Shown here in pieces: positions 38,641 to 50,032 of a DNA stretch of 64,000 nucleotides (positions within the stretch are counted from its first letter, which is position 1; every line of letters starts with the position of its first letter). The notes under the pieces are model-generated. The model saw only the letters and a program-made list of their open reading frames with translations. It had not been told where the DNA came from and searched no databases. Origin of the DNA: Torpedo marmorata (Eukaryota); contig OZ360245.1 of NCBI GenBank assembly GCA_977017645.1, forward strand, positions 23,126,001 through 23,190,000, written 5' to 3'. The position numbers and the translations under genes were made by a program.

Positions 38641-40421
38641 TCGTATATTTCGGTATATAAGTCGAGTCTTGAAACCCTCAAAAATCTATCAAAAAACAGG
38701 GGTCGACTTATACGCCGGATATACTTTTGAGACCTTAAAATCAGCTCAAAAACCACTCCACGCCGATTTGGCGTATAAGTCGACCCTTAAAAACACGATT
38801 CAGCGTATAAGTCGACCCTTGAAAAACCAAAAAAAACCCGACTGCAACAAATTTTCAATGACATTTTTATTGAAAACAACAAGACATTTAGAACACTTCA
38901 AAATCACTTTCGCTATCATCGTCTGAGGCAAAGATCTCGGCAAGCATATCCGGGGTCTCACTGTTTAAACAGTCATCGTACGGGTCCCAGTCTGTATCTG
39001 ATGAGGCGGCTTCACCTTCGTCGTCAGTGTCCCACAATAAATCATCTTCCGTACCATCAATTGCACAAGAGATACCGCACTTTTTAAACGATTTTATTAC
39101 AGTCTCTACTTTCACTTTGTCCCATGCCTTGAGCACGAAGTCACACAGCACATCAAGCGATGCAGCACGCATTGCCCCGCCTTTTGTAAATGATTTTTCT
39201 GCACTCGACATCCATGTATTCCACTCTTCACGCACATGGTCTTTGAATGGCTTGTTCAAGCAGACATCGAGAGGTTGCAATATAGACGTCAAACCACCCG
39301 GGATAACCGCCATGTAAGTATTACGTTGTGCTAATCTACTTTTAGTCTTCTCAGTTAAGTGGCTACGAAACATATCCCAGACCAGCAAACTCCGTTCCTT
39401 GCGTAAACCGCCTGGCCGCCTGTTCCACACATTGTCTATCCATAGTTTTACACCATTTTCATCCATCCATCCTTTTTCATGAAAATGTACAAAAATACCC
39501 GCAGGGAATTTTATTTTAGGTTTAAATTTACGTTTGAAGATTACCATGGGTCTTAACTTTGTCCCGTCGGCCATGCACGATAACACCACGGTAAACCTGG
39601 TCCTTTCATGGCCTGTACTCCTGGTTTGCACAGTTTTCACACCTTTCCATTCCACTGTTCTATTGCCTATCCTGTCAAAATTCATGGGGGTTTCGTCCAT
39701 GTTTCCAATATTTGCCAATGCAAACTGGTGTTTCTGCCGGTTACGTAAAATAAACTGGTGAAAACTTACAACTTTATGATCAAGATCTTTTGGTAGTTTC
39801 TGAGCAATTTTTGTTTTATGTCGTAATACCAGATTTTTCCTGTTCATGAAACGGTTGCACCAGCCTACTGTAGCTTCAAAATCATTACTGAGTTCTGGGT
39901 GCGACTTTGCCCACTTCAGTGCAAATGTTCTTATTTTATTTCGGGTGACAATGTAGCAATCTTGCCTCTGTTCACGTACCCATGCTGCGACGTGATTTTC
40001 CAACTCTGGCCAATGAGTGATTCCTCTTATCATCGAACATTGCCTTTTTGGTATTTTTCTTAAAGTATCTTCTTTCTTCCTCCAATCTCTTACCAACTTC
40101 TCATATATATCAAATTTTCTTGCAGCAGCACAGTTGTTGGTTTTCTTAGCCATTTCTATCACTTTTAATTTAAAACTCCCCTCATTCTTTCCTCGTTTCA
40201 ATTGAGCCTCCATGATAACAATCACCTCCAGCCAACGCCCAGCCGCTAAATCAGCACGATCATTGTGGGTTGACCTATACGCCGGTCAACGCCCAGTAGC
40301 GCAATCATCGCGATTTTTGGGGGTCGACTTATACGCCGGATATACAATAAAACCATTAAAATTAGGCTGAAAAAGGGGGGTCGACTTATCCGCGAGTTGA
40401 CTTATACGCCGAAATATACGG
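38641..40421 (-). mobile_element. pogo-superfamily DNA transposon (POGK/Passer-like), complete structure, 1781 bp
   Basis: TIRs tcgtatatttcggtatataagtc and gacttatacgccgaaatatacgg. TA duplication at 38639-38640 and 40422-40423. Repeated subterminal gggtcgacttatacgcc motifs at both ends. Confidence 0.95.
38888..40225 (-). CDS. pogo transposase (Brinker-like HTH, CENP-B HTH, DDE_1 domain, DD35D triad, acidic tail), uninterrupted ORF
   Basis: 445-aa ORF with NMDETP, LVWDMFRSH and LQPLDVCLNKPFK. 35 residues separate the second and third Asp. The likely ATG is the fifth codon of the tracked ORF. Confidence 0.93.
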   Translation of the reverse strand: MIVIMEAQLKRGKNEGSFKLKVIEMAKKTNNCAAARKFDIYEKLVRDWRKKEDTLRKIPKRQCSMIRGITHWPELENHVAAWVREQRQDCYIVTRNKIRTFALKWAKSHPELSNDFEATVGWCNRFMNRKNLVLRHKTKIAQKLPKDLDHKVVSFHQFILRNRQKHQFALANIGNMDETPMNFDRIGNRTVEWKGVKTVQTRSTGHERTRFTVVLSCMADGTKLRPMVIFKRKFKPKIKFPAGIFVHFHEKGWMDENGVKLWIDNVWNRRPGGLRKERSLLVWDMFRSHLTEKTKSRLAQRNTYMAVIPGGLTSILQPLDVCLNKPFKDHVREEWNTWMSSAEKSFTKGGAMRAASLDVLCDFVLKAWDKVKVETVIKSFKKCGISCAIDGTEDDLLWDTDDEGEAASSDTDWDPYDDCLNSETPDMLAEIFASDDDSESDFEVF

Positions 40422-41590
40422 TACATAACCAATGTTTCAGCCTGAGCCCTTCCTCAAGGTATGAGCTAAAAGCAGGCTGAATAAAATGGTGGTGGGGGGA
40501 AAAGGAGCACAGGGCCACAGGCAAGAGGTCACAGGTTGATAGGGGTGGGAGGGCACAGGAGAAAAAAGCAGAGAAGTGATAGGGGAGGCGATAGCTCTCT
40601 GAATGGAGAGGGTTGGGTGTGGGGGTGGGGGGAATGGAGAGTTGGGGAAGTCAGGGAGGAGAGGTGTAGTGTTAGGGAGTTTGGAGAGTTGGGGAGTTCA
40701 GAGGGTGGAGGTGGCAGGTAGGGAAGGTCAGAGAGGAGTTGGGTGGGGGAGATGAAAGGGTTTGAGGCTGGGGGTTGGGAAGAAAGGGGGAGCTCAGAGG
40801 GTCTGAGAATGTTGAGGACGTGCTGGAGCCACTATCGCCTCCGCCGGTGACCCCGACTGCCAACATACCATAGCCCCCCAACACCTCTATCAATGCAGGT
40901 ACTTACCTTGGTCCCGCCCAAACCCGTTCTGGCATTCACGCCGACTCCAGTACCAGTTCCCACATCAGCCTCCGCAAGGCTCACATCTTAGAATCCTCCT
41001 TGCCGGATCCCACTGCCTCATTGCGCGCCCCCCCCCCCAACCAAACTCCTTACCCTTCCCTGTCCCCACACCTCTCCCTACTCACCCCATCTACTTCTGT
41101 GAGCTCCCCCTTTCTTTCCACCCCAATCCCTCAGACCCCCTCATCTCCTCCCCAACTCCCCTGAGCCCCCACTTTCTTCACATCCACAAGACCTCAGACC
41201 CGCTCATCTCCCCCCCAACTCCCCTTTCTTTCTTTCTTTCTGAGCTCCCCCTTTCTACCCGCTAGCCCTCAGAAACTCTCATCTCCCCCCAACTCCCCTC
41301 ATACTTCCCCTACCTGCCACCTCCAACCTCTGAACTCCCCAACTCTCCACCTCCCCCCGATCTTTCCTTCCTCCCACCCCGATTCACCCCTACTCTCTCC
41401 ATTCAGAGAGCTATCCGCTCTATCATAGCTTTTTTCTCTTGTGCCCTCCCACCCCTATCCAGCTATGACCTCTTGTCTGTGGCCCTGTGCGCCTTCCCCC
41501 GCCACCATTTTATTCAGACATCTGCCTGCTTTAGCTCATGCCTTGATGAAGGGCTCAGGCCCAAAATGTTGGTTATGTATCTTTACTATA

Positions 41591-42469
41591 CAGTACGTTT
41601 CTGATTATCCGAAACACTCGGGACTGGACGTGTATCGGTTAACTGCATTTTCTGGATATCTGATCTGCAGCCCAGTTTAAGCAGCAGAATACTTGTATCG
41701 GCCGTTGCCGATCCCAGACACCTCCCCACCGCCGTCGCCAATCCTGCCCAGGCGCCCAAGGTCCCCGCTCGGATCCCCGACACCTCCCCACTGCCGTCGC
41801 GGAACCTGCCCAGGTGCCCGAGGTCCCCGCTCGGATCCCAGACACCTCCCCACCACCGTCGCGGAACCTGCCCGGGAAACTCCAGCCCTGGCCCCAGCCG
41901 CCGACCCAACAGAACTCCCGACGCCCCAGCCGCAAACTCTAACCCGGACCCCGACCACCTACTCACCGGAGCTCCCGACGCTTTGATTGCCGACTCCAGC
42001 GTTGAACCAGTCCACCTACCTGCAGGAGATCCCGACACTGATGCCGCTGACTCTCACCTGAGCCCCGGCTGCCCTCGGGCCACGGCTGCCTGGGAGCCCG
42101 AGGTCCCCGCTCCGATCCCAGCCCAGTAGCATCAGCATAATACTTGTACAGTATCAGTGGTTAAAACAACAACAAAGAACAAGGGAAGGTTTTTCAAGCA
42201 TGAAATAAAGTTTAATTCTTACCTTGAGTACACAAGAGCTCTGTTGGATTCAAAATGGCGCTAACAGCGCATCAGAGTCCCACTTGAGAATACAAGAGCT
42301 CCGTTGGATTCAAAATGGCGCTAACAGCGCGTCAGAGTCCCACTTGAGCACGGCAGGTAAAAAGAAATTCAACTTTTTTTCAACTTGTGACGTCATGTCG
42401 CCACCAAACATTTTTGCGGATAACTGGTAATTTCGGTAAAGTGGCTTTCGGATAATTGGAAACGTACTG
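41591..42469. mobile_element. Tigger/pogo-type MITE (CAGTA termini) carrying Penelope-derived internal sequence
   Basis: TIRs cagtacgtttctgattatccgaaa and tttcggataattggaaacgtactg, TA duplication. Internal ~61-bp repeats x3, a 60-bp repeat x2 (42223-42348), and 41900-42080 matching 8783-8970. Confidence 0.88.
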
Positions 42470-42878
42470 TATAAAGAACGCTGCATAACTTGCTGAGCGT
42501 CTCCAGCATTTTTGTATATGACCATTGCACCCGTTTTTCTTGGTCGATTTATTTGGTTCTGCTTCACTGAACTAAACCAAATGGCTTCCTAACATTCTTT
42601 GAGGGAAAGTTCATGCTGTGAAAATAGTAACTCCAAAGACCTAAAAATCGAGGCTTGCATTTTTTTTATAATTGTGTCTAATTTTACCATGTAAATCAAT
42701 AGAATACCAAATCTAATAAATGAATGTTCAACCAGCAACATTCATCTTCTTTGGATTCTAACTCCACATCTAATTATCCAACAAATTATTTAATATTTAA
42801 GTTACAAAGATAAAATAGGAACACCATTTACTCCTTGAACAATAATCTTATGATATGGTACACACAATCATAACCTAC

Positions 42879-43017
42879 CTTTCCGGATGTCCGTACACCT
42901 TTCCAGATACTGAAATACACCACGGTAAATATCAGGAGCAGACAAATTACTAGATGCCAGTTGATGCCACCCAGATCATGCAACCCATTCGATTTCTGAA
43001 CCATAAGTACTTGACGA
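42879..43017 (-). CDS. slc6a4: Serotonin transporter coding exon 4
   Basis: [46 protein letters not shown]. ttttgcag acceptor, AAG|gtaggt donor, 139 nt. Confidence 0.97.
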
Positions 43018-45249
43018 CTGCAAAAAAAAAATAATTGTGACAAATTACAAGAAAACTTACAATTGCAGATTTGCAACAAAACACATGGCTTTCAGTACCA
43101 AGATTTCCCTTAAAATTTCACTTCTTCCTCTTTCTCCCCAAGGTGTTCAGTATTCAATATTAACACAAAAGTAAAATACTGTAGTGCTGAAATCATTGAA
43201 ATAATGAAGTGAGACAGCCTGTGCTGGTCAAAGATGGAATATCAACTTTAGTCACAATTCCCAGTTTTTGATTCATGGCCATCAAGTTTATGGTTCGTCA
43301 AGTGGTCATTCAGATACAATTTAAACATAACAGGGATCTCTGCCCCCACAATCCTTCCAGGCAACACATTTCAGACCTCCCTTAACATTCCTCTAATCTT
43401 TTTGCCAATTAACTTGCATCCATGCTCCCCAGTTATTTAGAGAAATAGGTCGTGACTACCAATTCTGTTTGTGCCTCGGATTAAAAAAAATTAAATTTAG
43501 ACTCAATTAAGTCTCTACAGTCCCTTGTACGAAAGAAAATAACCCTGGCCTGGATAATTTCTCCTCAATGATCATTTCACCGCCCTGCAACCTTCTCATA
43601 AATCTCCACTGCATTTTCTCTCGTGAAATTAGAAATAAAAATCAGATTATTGAAAATACTCAAGAGGTCAAGCAACAACTTTGGGAGTGATGAATTCAGA
43701 AATTTTAGCCTACTAAACTTCCACCAGAATGGGAAATAATTGATCAGGTGATCAAAAGCTCAGGGACATGCAGGTGAGTTGAGTGAAGATGTTCTGTAAA
43801 ACTGTCACCATCTGAAAATGATTTCTCAGGGTAGAACAAATTGTCCTTTCACTAGAAGATTGAGACCCTTGATGGTAGGAATGTGGCCCTCTTTACATCT
43901 GTGTTTGCAAAGGATGTGCAACAGGGGGGTGATTGAAGAGTTGAGCAGGATTCTGGAAGGCATGGTCCCTTTAGAAATGGTAAGGAAGAATTGTGTTGGT
44001 TGCATCTTCTGTCATATCCAGCTTGTCACCACTGAACTCAACTTCCAGTTGCTTCTCATTTTAATTCCCACCCTACTACTACTACTACTATGATCTCATC
44101 GTCTCATACATTCTTCAATGCAGCACAATAGAAGCTTGAGGAACAGCATCTCCCCTATCGGAGAGGTATATCTTTCTGTACTGAACATTGCATTCAACAA
44201 TTCTGGGTCAGAACTCTTTTTTTCCCTGATAAATGCTAATGGAAGTACTTTTGCTCTAGTTATTTACATTTCCCCTAATCCCATTGTTATTTCTTTACTG
44301 GGCCCATTTCTTATTTAACCCCTGCTGTTTTCTCTTCCTCCTTCTCTTCCTTTGCACTTATTTAAACCAAAAAATCTTAAAATTAATGCTTCAAGATGAT
44401 GACCATGCATTATAATTGCAAACAATTTTGTTTCTCACTCCAGATGCTGGACTATTTCTAACTATTTCTAGTTCATCAACATTTAAATGAAATCTAGTAC
44501 AGGATGACCTTTGATCAATGGTGAATACTGTGTCCCAAACAGTGAGAGCTTATTTCAACTCTCATTCTTTCTCTTCTAAGGGATATCACATACATTTTAC
44601 CTTGAAAATTGAATCACAATTGAAATTCTGTACTATGAATAGAACTGAATGTTTCTGTCAATTACACAGGTATCTCCTCATTTCAGTTCCTCTTCCATCC
44701 TGGAGTTAGCTTTTCCAAAAAGTCAATGAAAGAATTGTTGCCATGAATTTTTTTAATTGATTAAAAAATAAAAGTTGGTACTTTACAAAGCAGACCACTT
44801 TGGTGTGAAAGGATGTTTTATGCTTGTGTACAGACTGTCAGCTAAAAGAACCTAGGTTCTTTTGTCATCATATTTGTCACAAATTGAGGCTTCAAAGAGA
44901 ATAATTTCTCAAACTTAGGACTGATTACTATTCTGTACGCTAGCTACCAAAATGCAAGATGAATGTTTGTGGTCAAGTGTACAAAATGTTCTATACGGAG
45001 GGGGAAGCGCTAGCTATGGCAATGCACTTTAAATAAACAGCATCTCTGGTGTTGGCCTGGCACCCAAGAACCTACAGAAGCTTTTGGTACAATACACACA
45101 TCTTCATCAACTAGTACAGCGGCATTGTTGTGTACATTACTCAAATTCACACCTAGCCAGGAACCAAGACCATTCCTTATGCCTTTAAACCTCCAATGAA
45201 GGAACAGCTGCACAAGTTAAAACAGAATAGGCTGTTGAAAGTCTACCTC

Positions 45250-46210
45250 AATTAATGGGCAACTTCAACGGAGGTGGTTCCCAAGAGGAATAAAAGCATG
45301 CATGTGGGGACTATAATCATAAACAGAACCATTGATAATAAACAACATTGATTGCCCACTCCACAAAAATTAATTTGTAGAATTGATGGACATGCAATAC
45401 TTTAGCAGTTTTATCTATTTCACACCTATGTGTGGTTGATTGACAACGTAGAGAGCCAGTGCTGTCTGACACTTAATATGTACAAGCGATTATTTACCTA
45501 CACCAAACTACCACATGCAGTTGTGTCAGTGGTGGACAAAAGGCTTTGGAGGTTTCTCTGTGATCAAGATGATATCCTCATTGGATATCATCCTCATTGG
45601 ATATCATCCTCATTGGATATCATCCTCATTGGATATCATCCTCATTGGATATCATCCTCATTGGATATCATCCTCATTGGATATCATCCTCATTGGATAT
45701 CATCCTCATTGGATATCATCCTCATTGGATATCATCCTCATTGGATATCATCCTCATTGGATATCATCCTCATTGGATATCATCCTCATTGGATATCATC
45801 CTCATTGGATATCATCCTCATTGGATATCATCCTCATTGGATATCATCCTCATTGGATATCATCCTCATTGGATATCATCCTCATTGGATATCATCCTCA
45901 TTGGATATCATCCTCATTGGATAGGCTGAACAGGAACATTTGAAGGTAGTAGCAGAATGGATTACAGAAGCACAGGAAAAAAGTCTGCATTAATGCTGTC
46001 CAAAGTTGTCTATGTGAGATTCAGAATGAAAACAAATGGATAAAAACCTATCCAGAAATATAGTGGCAGCTGTTTTGAGTGCTAAAAGCCACAAGACATT
46101 ACTTAGTTTTGGTACTTCCTTGGAATTCTTCTATACTACAAGAACCTTTACCCAGTCTATGCATTATGTTGAGTCTTCTCACAAGTTATTGCACAATATA
46201 AAACCTTGAG
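45250..46210 (+). mobile_element. Highly degenerate Gypsy RT remnant
   Basis: VVPKRNKS, CLTLNMYKRLFTYTKLPH and FLCDQDDILIG echo Gypsy RT motifs (TINT.KGLF.Y.RLPFG; YLDDILI). Boundaries approximate. Confidence 0.6.
45574..45923. repeat. Perfect 16-bp minisatellite (ggatatcatcctcatt) x21 plus partial units
   Basis: 21 identical full units from 45583 to 45918. Confidence 0.98.
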
Positions 46211-46688
46211 TCAGGGGTGAAGAGCAGTGGAGGATTTGTAGACCATGTACAGAAAAACTTAGTTGTGAATCCTTTCTCCATTAGAACTTGTGCAAGTCAT
46301 CACAACCTTCACATGTCCCCTTCAGCTGTGGAAAAGAGCTGTTATTTAACATTAATGGAATCAAGACATCCTCATTTCCAGCAAGAAAAATTACACAGAG
46401 ATCGAAAGAGGTTGTAACTATAATTTGTAGTGTTATTAGATTCAGAAGTTTCTGGTTGGCAGCCTTTTTATTCTGGGCGATACTAATGGTGACTGTCTCC
46501 CTTACGGCAGGCAGAAGGCAATTTCGTTTAATATCACATGTTCTGTACTATTACATGACAATAAAGGAATCTCAATTTTGGCTCTTCTCAGTTTATTGTC
46601 AAATTCTCAGTCTTAAAATATCTCTATAGTTTTAAGCATCTTCTGCAGTCTTGCCTCGCTTTTTAGACTAACACTCTGGCCTTTAGAG

Positions 46689-46927
46689 CAGCCATTCTCA
46701 ACCTTTTCTTTGGCTATGGCCCCCTTAGGTCACTGCTCAAAGTTTATAGGCCCCCTTCTCTGTGAAGCAGTCAAGTTTCGTTGGTTTCTTCCGAACTTCT
46801 CTCCTACTGACTACATAAAAAACATTAAACATATTTTATGAGTTCAGTCCGTGGCCCACTTAAATGTGCTGTGACCCCCCCCCCCCCCCCGCAGGGGGGG
46901 CCGAGTAGCCCCCATTGAGAATGGCTG
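46689..46927. mobile_element. hAT-type MITE, 239 bp
   Basis: TIRs cagccattctcaa and ttgagaatggctg. Perfect 8-bp TSD ctttagag (46681-46688, 46928-46935). Confidence 0.92.
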
Positions 46928-47939
46928 CTTTAGAGCATCCCCTTTCCCTCTTTGCTTCACAGTGGATTGAGAATAAGGTTAAATGTGTATTTTCAATCTT
47001 TTGAGAATTGTTTCAAAAATTGTAAATACATACTGGCTGAAGAAAAGCAGCACTTTTGCTAAAATATAGTCATGCATTAATTAATGCAGAGAACAGTTTG
47101 ACATTTGTGAGGCAGCAAATGGACAGTACCTTCTAGCCAGGATCAAATTTAAACTGGACAAATAATTCAGAGATACAAGATGATACGAACTGGGTGGATT
47201 CAAATTCAGTTAATCAAATAAATCTGGAATAAACTACCAGTTTCTGTCACACTGAGTGTGAAACTACAGAGTCTTCTTGGGCAAAAAAAATCTGCCTCCT
47301 GTTTGTGACTCTTAATTGCTCTCTGAAAATAGCCTTGACAGTAGCTCATTTCAAAGGGAATTTGTAACAGGCAATAAATGTGCACATCTTGTGAATGAAT
47401 TGTTAACAAAAAACAAGTTGCTCGTTTTTCTTTCTCTCAACTTAGAATGGAAATATAATTTTTGGAAGGAGAAACTTTCCCCGACTGCAACACTGACATG
47501 TAACTATTATAGGTCTGTTCACAGAATCGACTTGGATGAAAAAACATCAACAACTTTGCAGTTGTACATCAAAACTCAAATCAAATGAAGCCACCACCAA
47601 GCCAGAGATAAGCACCAGCAATGTCAGCAGCCTAACAAAACAAAATGAAGGCAATAGTTGGACAAGTATCAAATACAACAGCTGACAAATGTTCCTAAAC
47701 AATTAATTCACTACAAAAGTTGTGAGCGTCTTTCTTTAGATTCTAATTGTTTAATGATTATTCTGTTGGACTTCCCATTTGACCTGATAACTTTCATGGG
47801 TGGATAAACCACGATGAAATGGGTTGTAAGAATTAGTGGGCACAGAATTTTTGAAAGAGCAAAGTGCACATTTGCAAGAATTAACTGTGATGGGTTTAGT
47901 TTACATAATATATCTACAGGATCATTTGATTCAATGCCT

Positions 47940-48195
47940 GGACAAGGTCAGACCACTATTTAATCAACTATAGCTGTGCCTTCAACTCAATAATATCAAA
48001 CAAACTCATCGCCAAACTATGTGACCTCGGTGTCAGCACCCTCTCTGCAACTGAATCCATGACTTCCTATCCCACAGGCCGCAATCAGCAAACATTGATG
48101 AAGGCATCTCCTCAACAACAGGGCATTATGAATGAGATGTCTAACTGTATCTTGGCATATGTGACAATAAACTTAAACTTGAAACTTGACTTGAA
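47940..48195 (+). mobile_element. Internally deleted Rex/Babar-type LINE remnant
   Basis: Degenerate YS.AFN.I..KLIAKL.DLG..LCN.I.DFL RT segment joined to a gacaataaa(cttgaa)n tail. Confidence 0.55.
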
Positions 48196-48580
48196 TGGTT
48201 ATTCTAGGATTGAAGGAAATAATTATTCATTTTACAAATTATACAACAATCAAAAGGTATTACCACTCACCATTCTACAAGTGCAAACGTTTGATTGTGA
48301 TAATAATAGAAACTTGTGGGGAAAGCATTCAACCCATTATGCTTGCCTTGGTTAGAATAAATATCATAACCTACCAATGAACTATCTACATACAATACCA
48401 AAGCAGCAGGATTTTTTTTTAAAAAGTGACAAAGATTAAAGCTACCACTGCCATGAACTATTTTAACAGCAGTTCTGATGTAATTCATGCAACGTAAGCT
48501 CCTGTTTCCTGGAAGCAGAAAGACAGAATCTTAACTTGTTTTTCATGCCTCAAGCATTGCATCCACTTACATGCACTTAC

Positions 48581-48800
48581 ACATAAAATTCTTCAGCAGG
48601 AGATGTGGAGAACTTTGTCCATGTGGAGTTATCCTTTAGGAAGTAATTGGTACAGTTTCCAGTGTTCCATGCATTATTACAATCGGCCCATGGGAGCTTA
48701 GAAGTAAGTGATGAGTAGAGGTAGTACAGAGCCCAGGATATAACAGTATTGTAGTAAAAGGAAACATATAGATCTACTATGCAGATTGCATATCCAATCC
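48581..48800 (-). CDS. slc6a4: Serotonin transporter coding exon 3 (TM3, EL2)
   Basis: [73 protein letters not shown]. cag acceptor, gtaagt donor, 220 nt. EL2 cysteine pair and two N-glycosylation sequons (NCT, NST). Confidence 0.97.
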
Positions 48801-50032
48801 CTGCAGGGAATGAAAAAGGGAAGATTTGAAACATACCACTGCAGAAGAAACAATCATCCAAATACTGAAGAATCATTGCAATTGTTCATGCTCAAAATCA
48901 AGCTCCTATTTATTTTAGCATTGAATTCCAAATTAACTGAAATCTACCAGGCCACCTCAACTTTCTTCGATATCAAAGTGCAAACCTAAATAAAAAGTCT
49001 GTACACAATTATAGCAAACCTAGACTTGGGTTGCAATGTTTTCGACAGAAATCAAATATTACAGGTCAAAATACACAGCAAATATGCAAAGCAATTTTTG
49101 AAGTGTAATACAAGTAAAGCTTGGATTTCTGAAGAATTTACAAAACAAGTTAGTCACAAGTTAACTTGTATATCTGCTCCACATTATCAACGGTGAATGG
49201 AATATGTTCACATCCTGTTGAGAAACAGGAACCTAACTTTAGTTGTCATTAACAAATGAGTATCATTAACAGATGATCAGAAGCAATGTTAATAACTAGC
49301 TGCACAATAAGAACCAAATACACAGTTAGCTTGACTTCTGAAAAGATTAAAACTGCTCAAGCACACTTAATTGACAGTAAATTTTGGACAAAGTTGCAAA
49401 TGAAAGGCTGAAGCATACGAATTTGGAGGGGGGGGGGTGGGGTGGTAAAGAAAGTACAATTCAAATATCAAGCATGAAAATACAAAAGAAATTAACCATA
49501 AAAAAAATAAAGAAAAAAAACACTGAGAATGAACAAGGCAAATCAAAAAGCAATGAAAATAAAAAATTTTAAAACTCTGACAAAGCGTCCAGGACCCAAA
49601 ACATTAACTCTGTTTCTCTTCCTATAGATGCTACCAGAATTGCTAGTGTTCATTTTTATTTCAAATTTACAATAAGTTTTTATGATTTTCAAGAAATTGG
49701 TTGAATGGGTATAAACCTTTTATGTGGGGTGAAGAGTCATGAAGATTTATGAAAGACTACAATGTAAACTGGCGTCACAGTTTCAGCAATGAATGATAGG
49801 AATGACAGCAGGATGTTGTGATGGGAGAGCTAAACATTTTTTTTCCTAACAAGTTCAGAAACACAGAATGGCATTCCTTTAGATAATATGTTTAAAAATT
49901 CTTAGTCAAGGTCCTGATATTTCCTAACTGTAGCAGTTGTAAAGAGAGCAGAAGTCAAAATAAGATTGTTTTGTCCAATCTTCTAGAGTCCTACTCAACA
50001 TTTCTGACACAGGTTCACTTGCACGGTGCATC

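Larger units (their letters stand above)
38553..42515. mobile_element. RT-less Penelope derivative with two inverted terminal arms, each interrupted by a DNA transposon
   Basis: Left arm (minus) 38553-38640 plus 40422-40810. Right arm (plus) about 41240-41590 plus 42470-42515. Each arm joins the Pro-rich PLE segment directly to the hammerhead-bearing terminus. Confidence 0.75.

Noticed and set aside
38888-40225. Domesticated POGK host gene
   Set aside because: No KRAB exon is visible, and it has TIRs, a TA duplication and sits inside another repeat, so it is a transposon copy.
45574-45923. CRISPR-like array or repeat-protein ORFs (45430-45943)
   Set aside because: Head-to-tail identical units with no spacers, in a vertebrate intron. 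The ORFs exist only because the 16-mer has no plus-strand stop codon.
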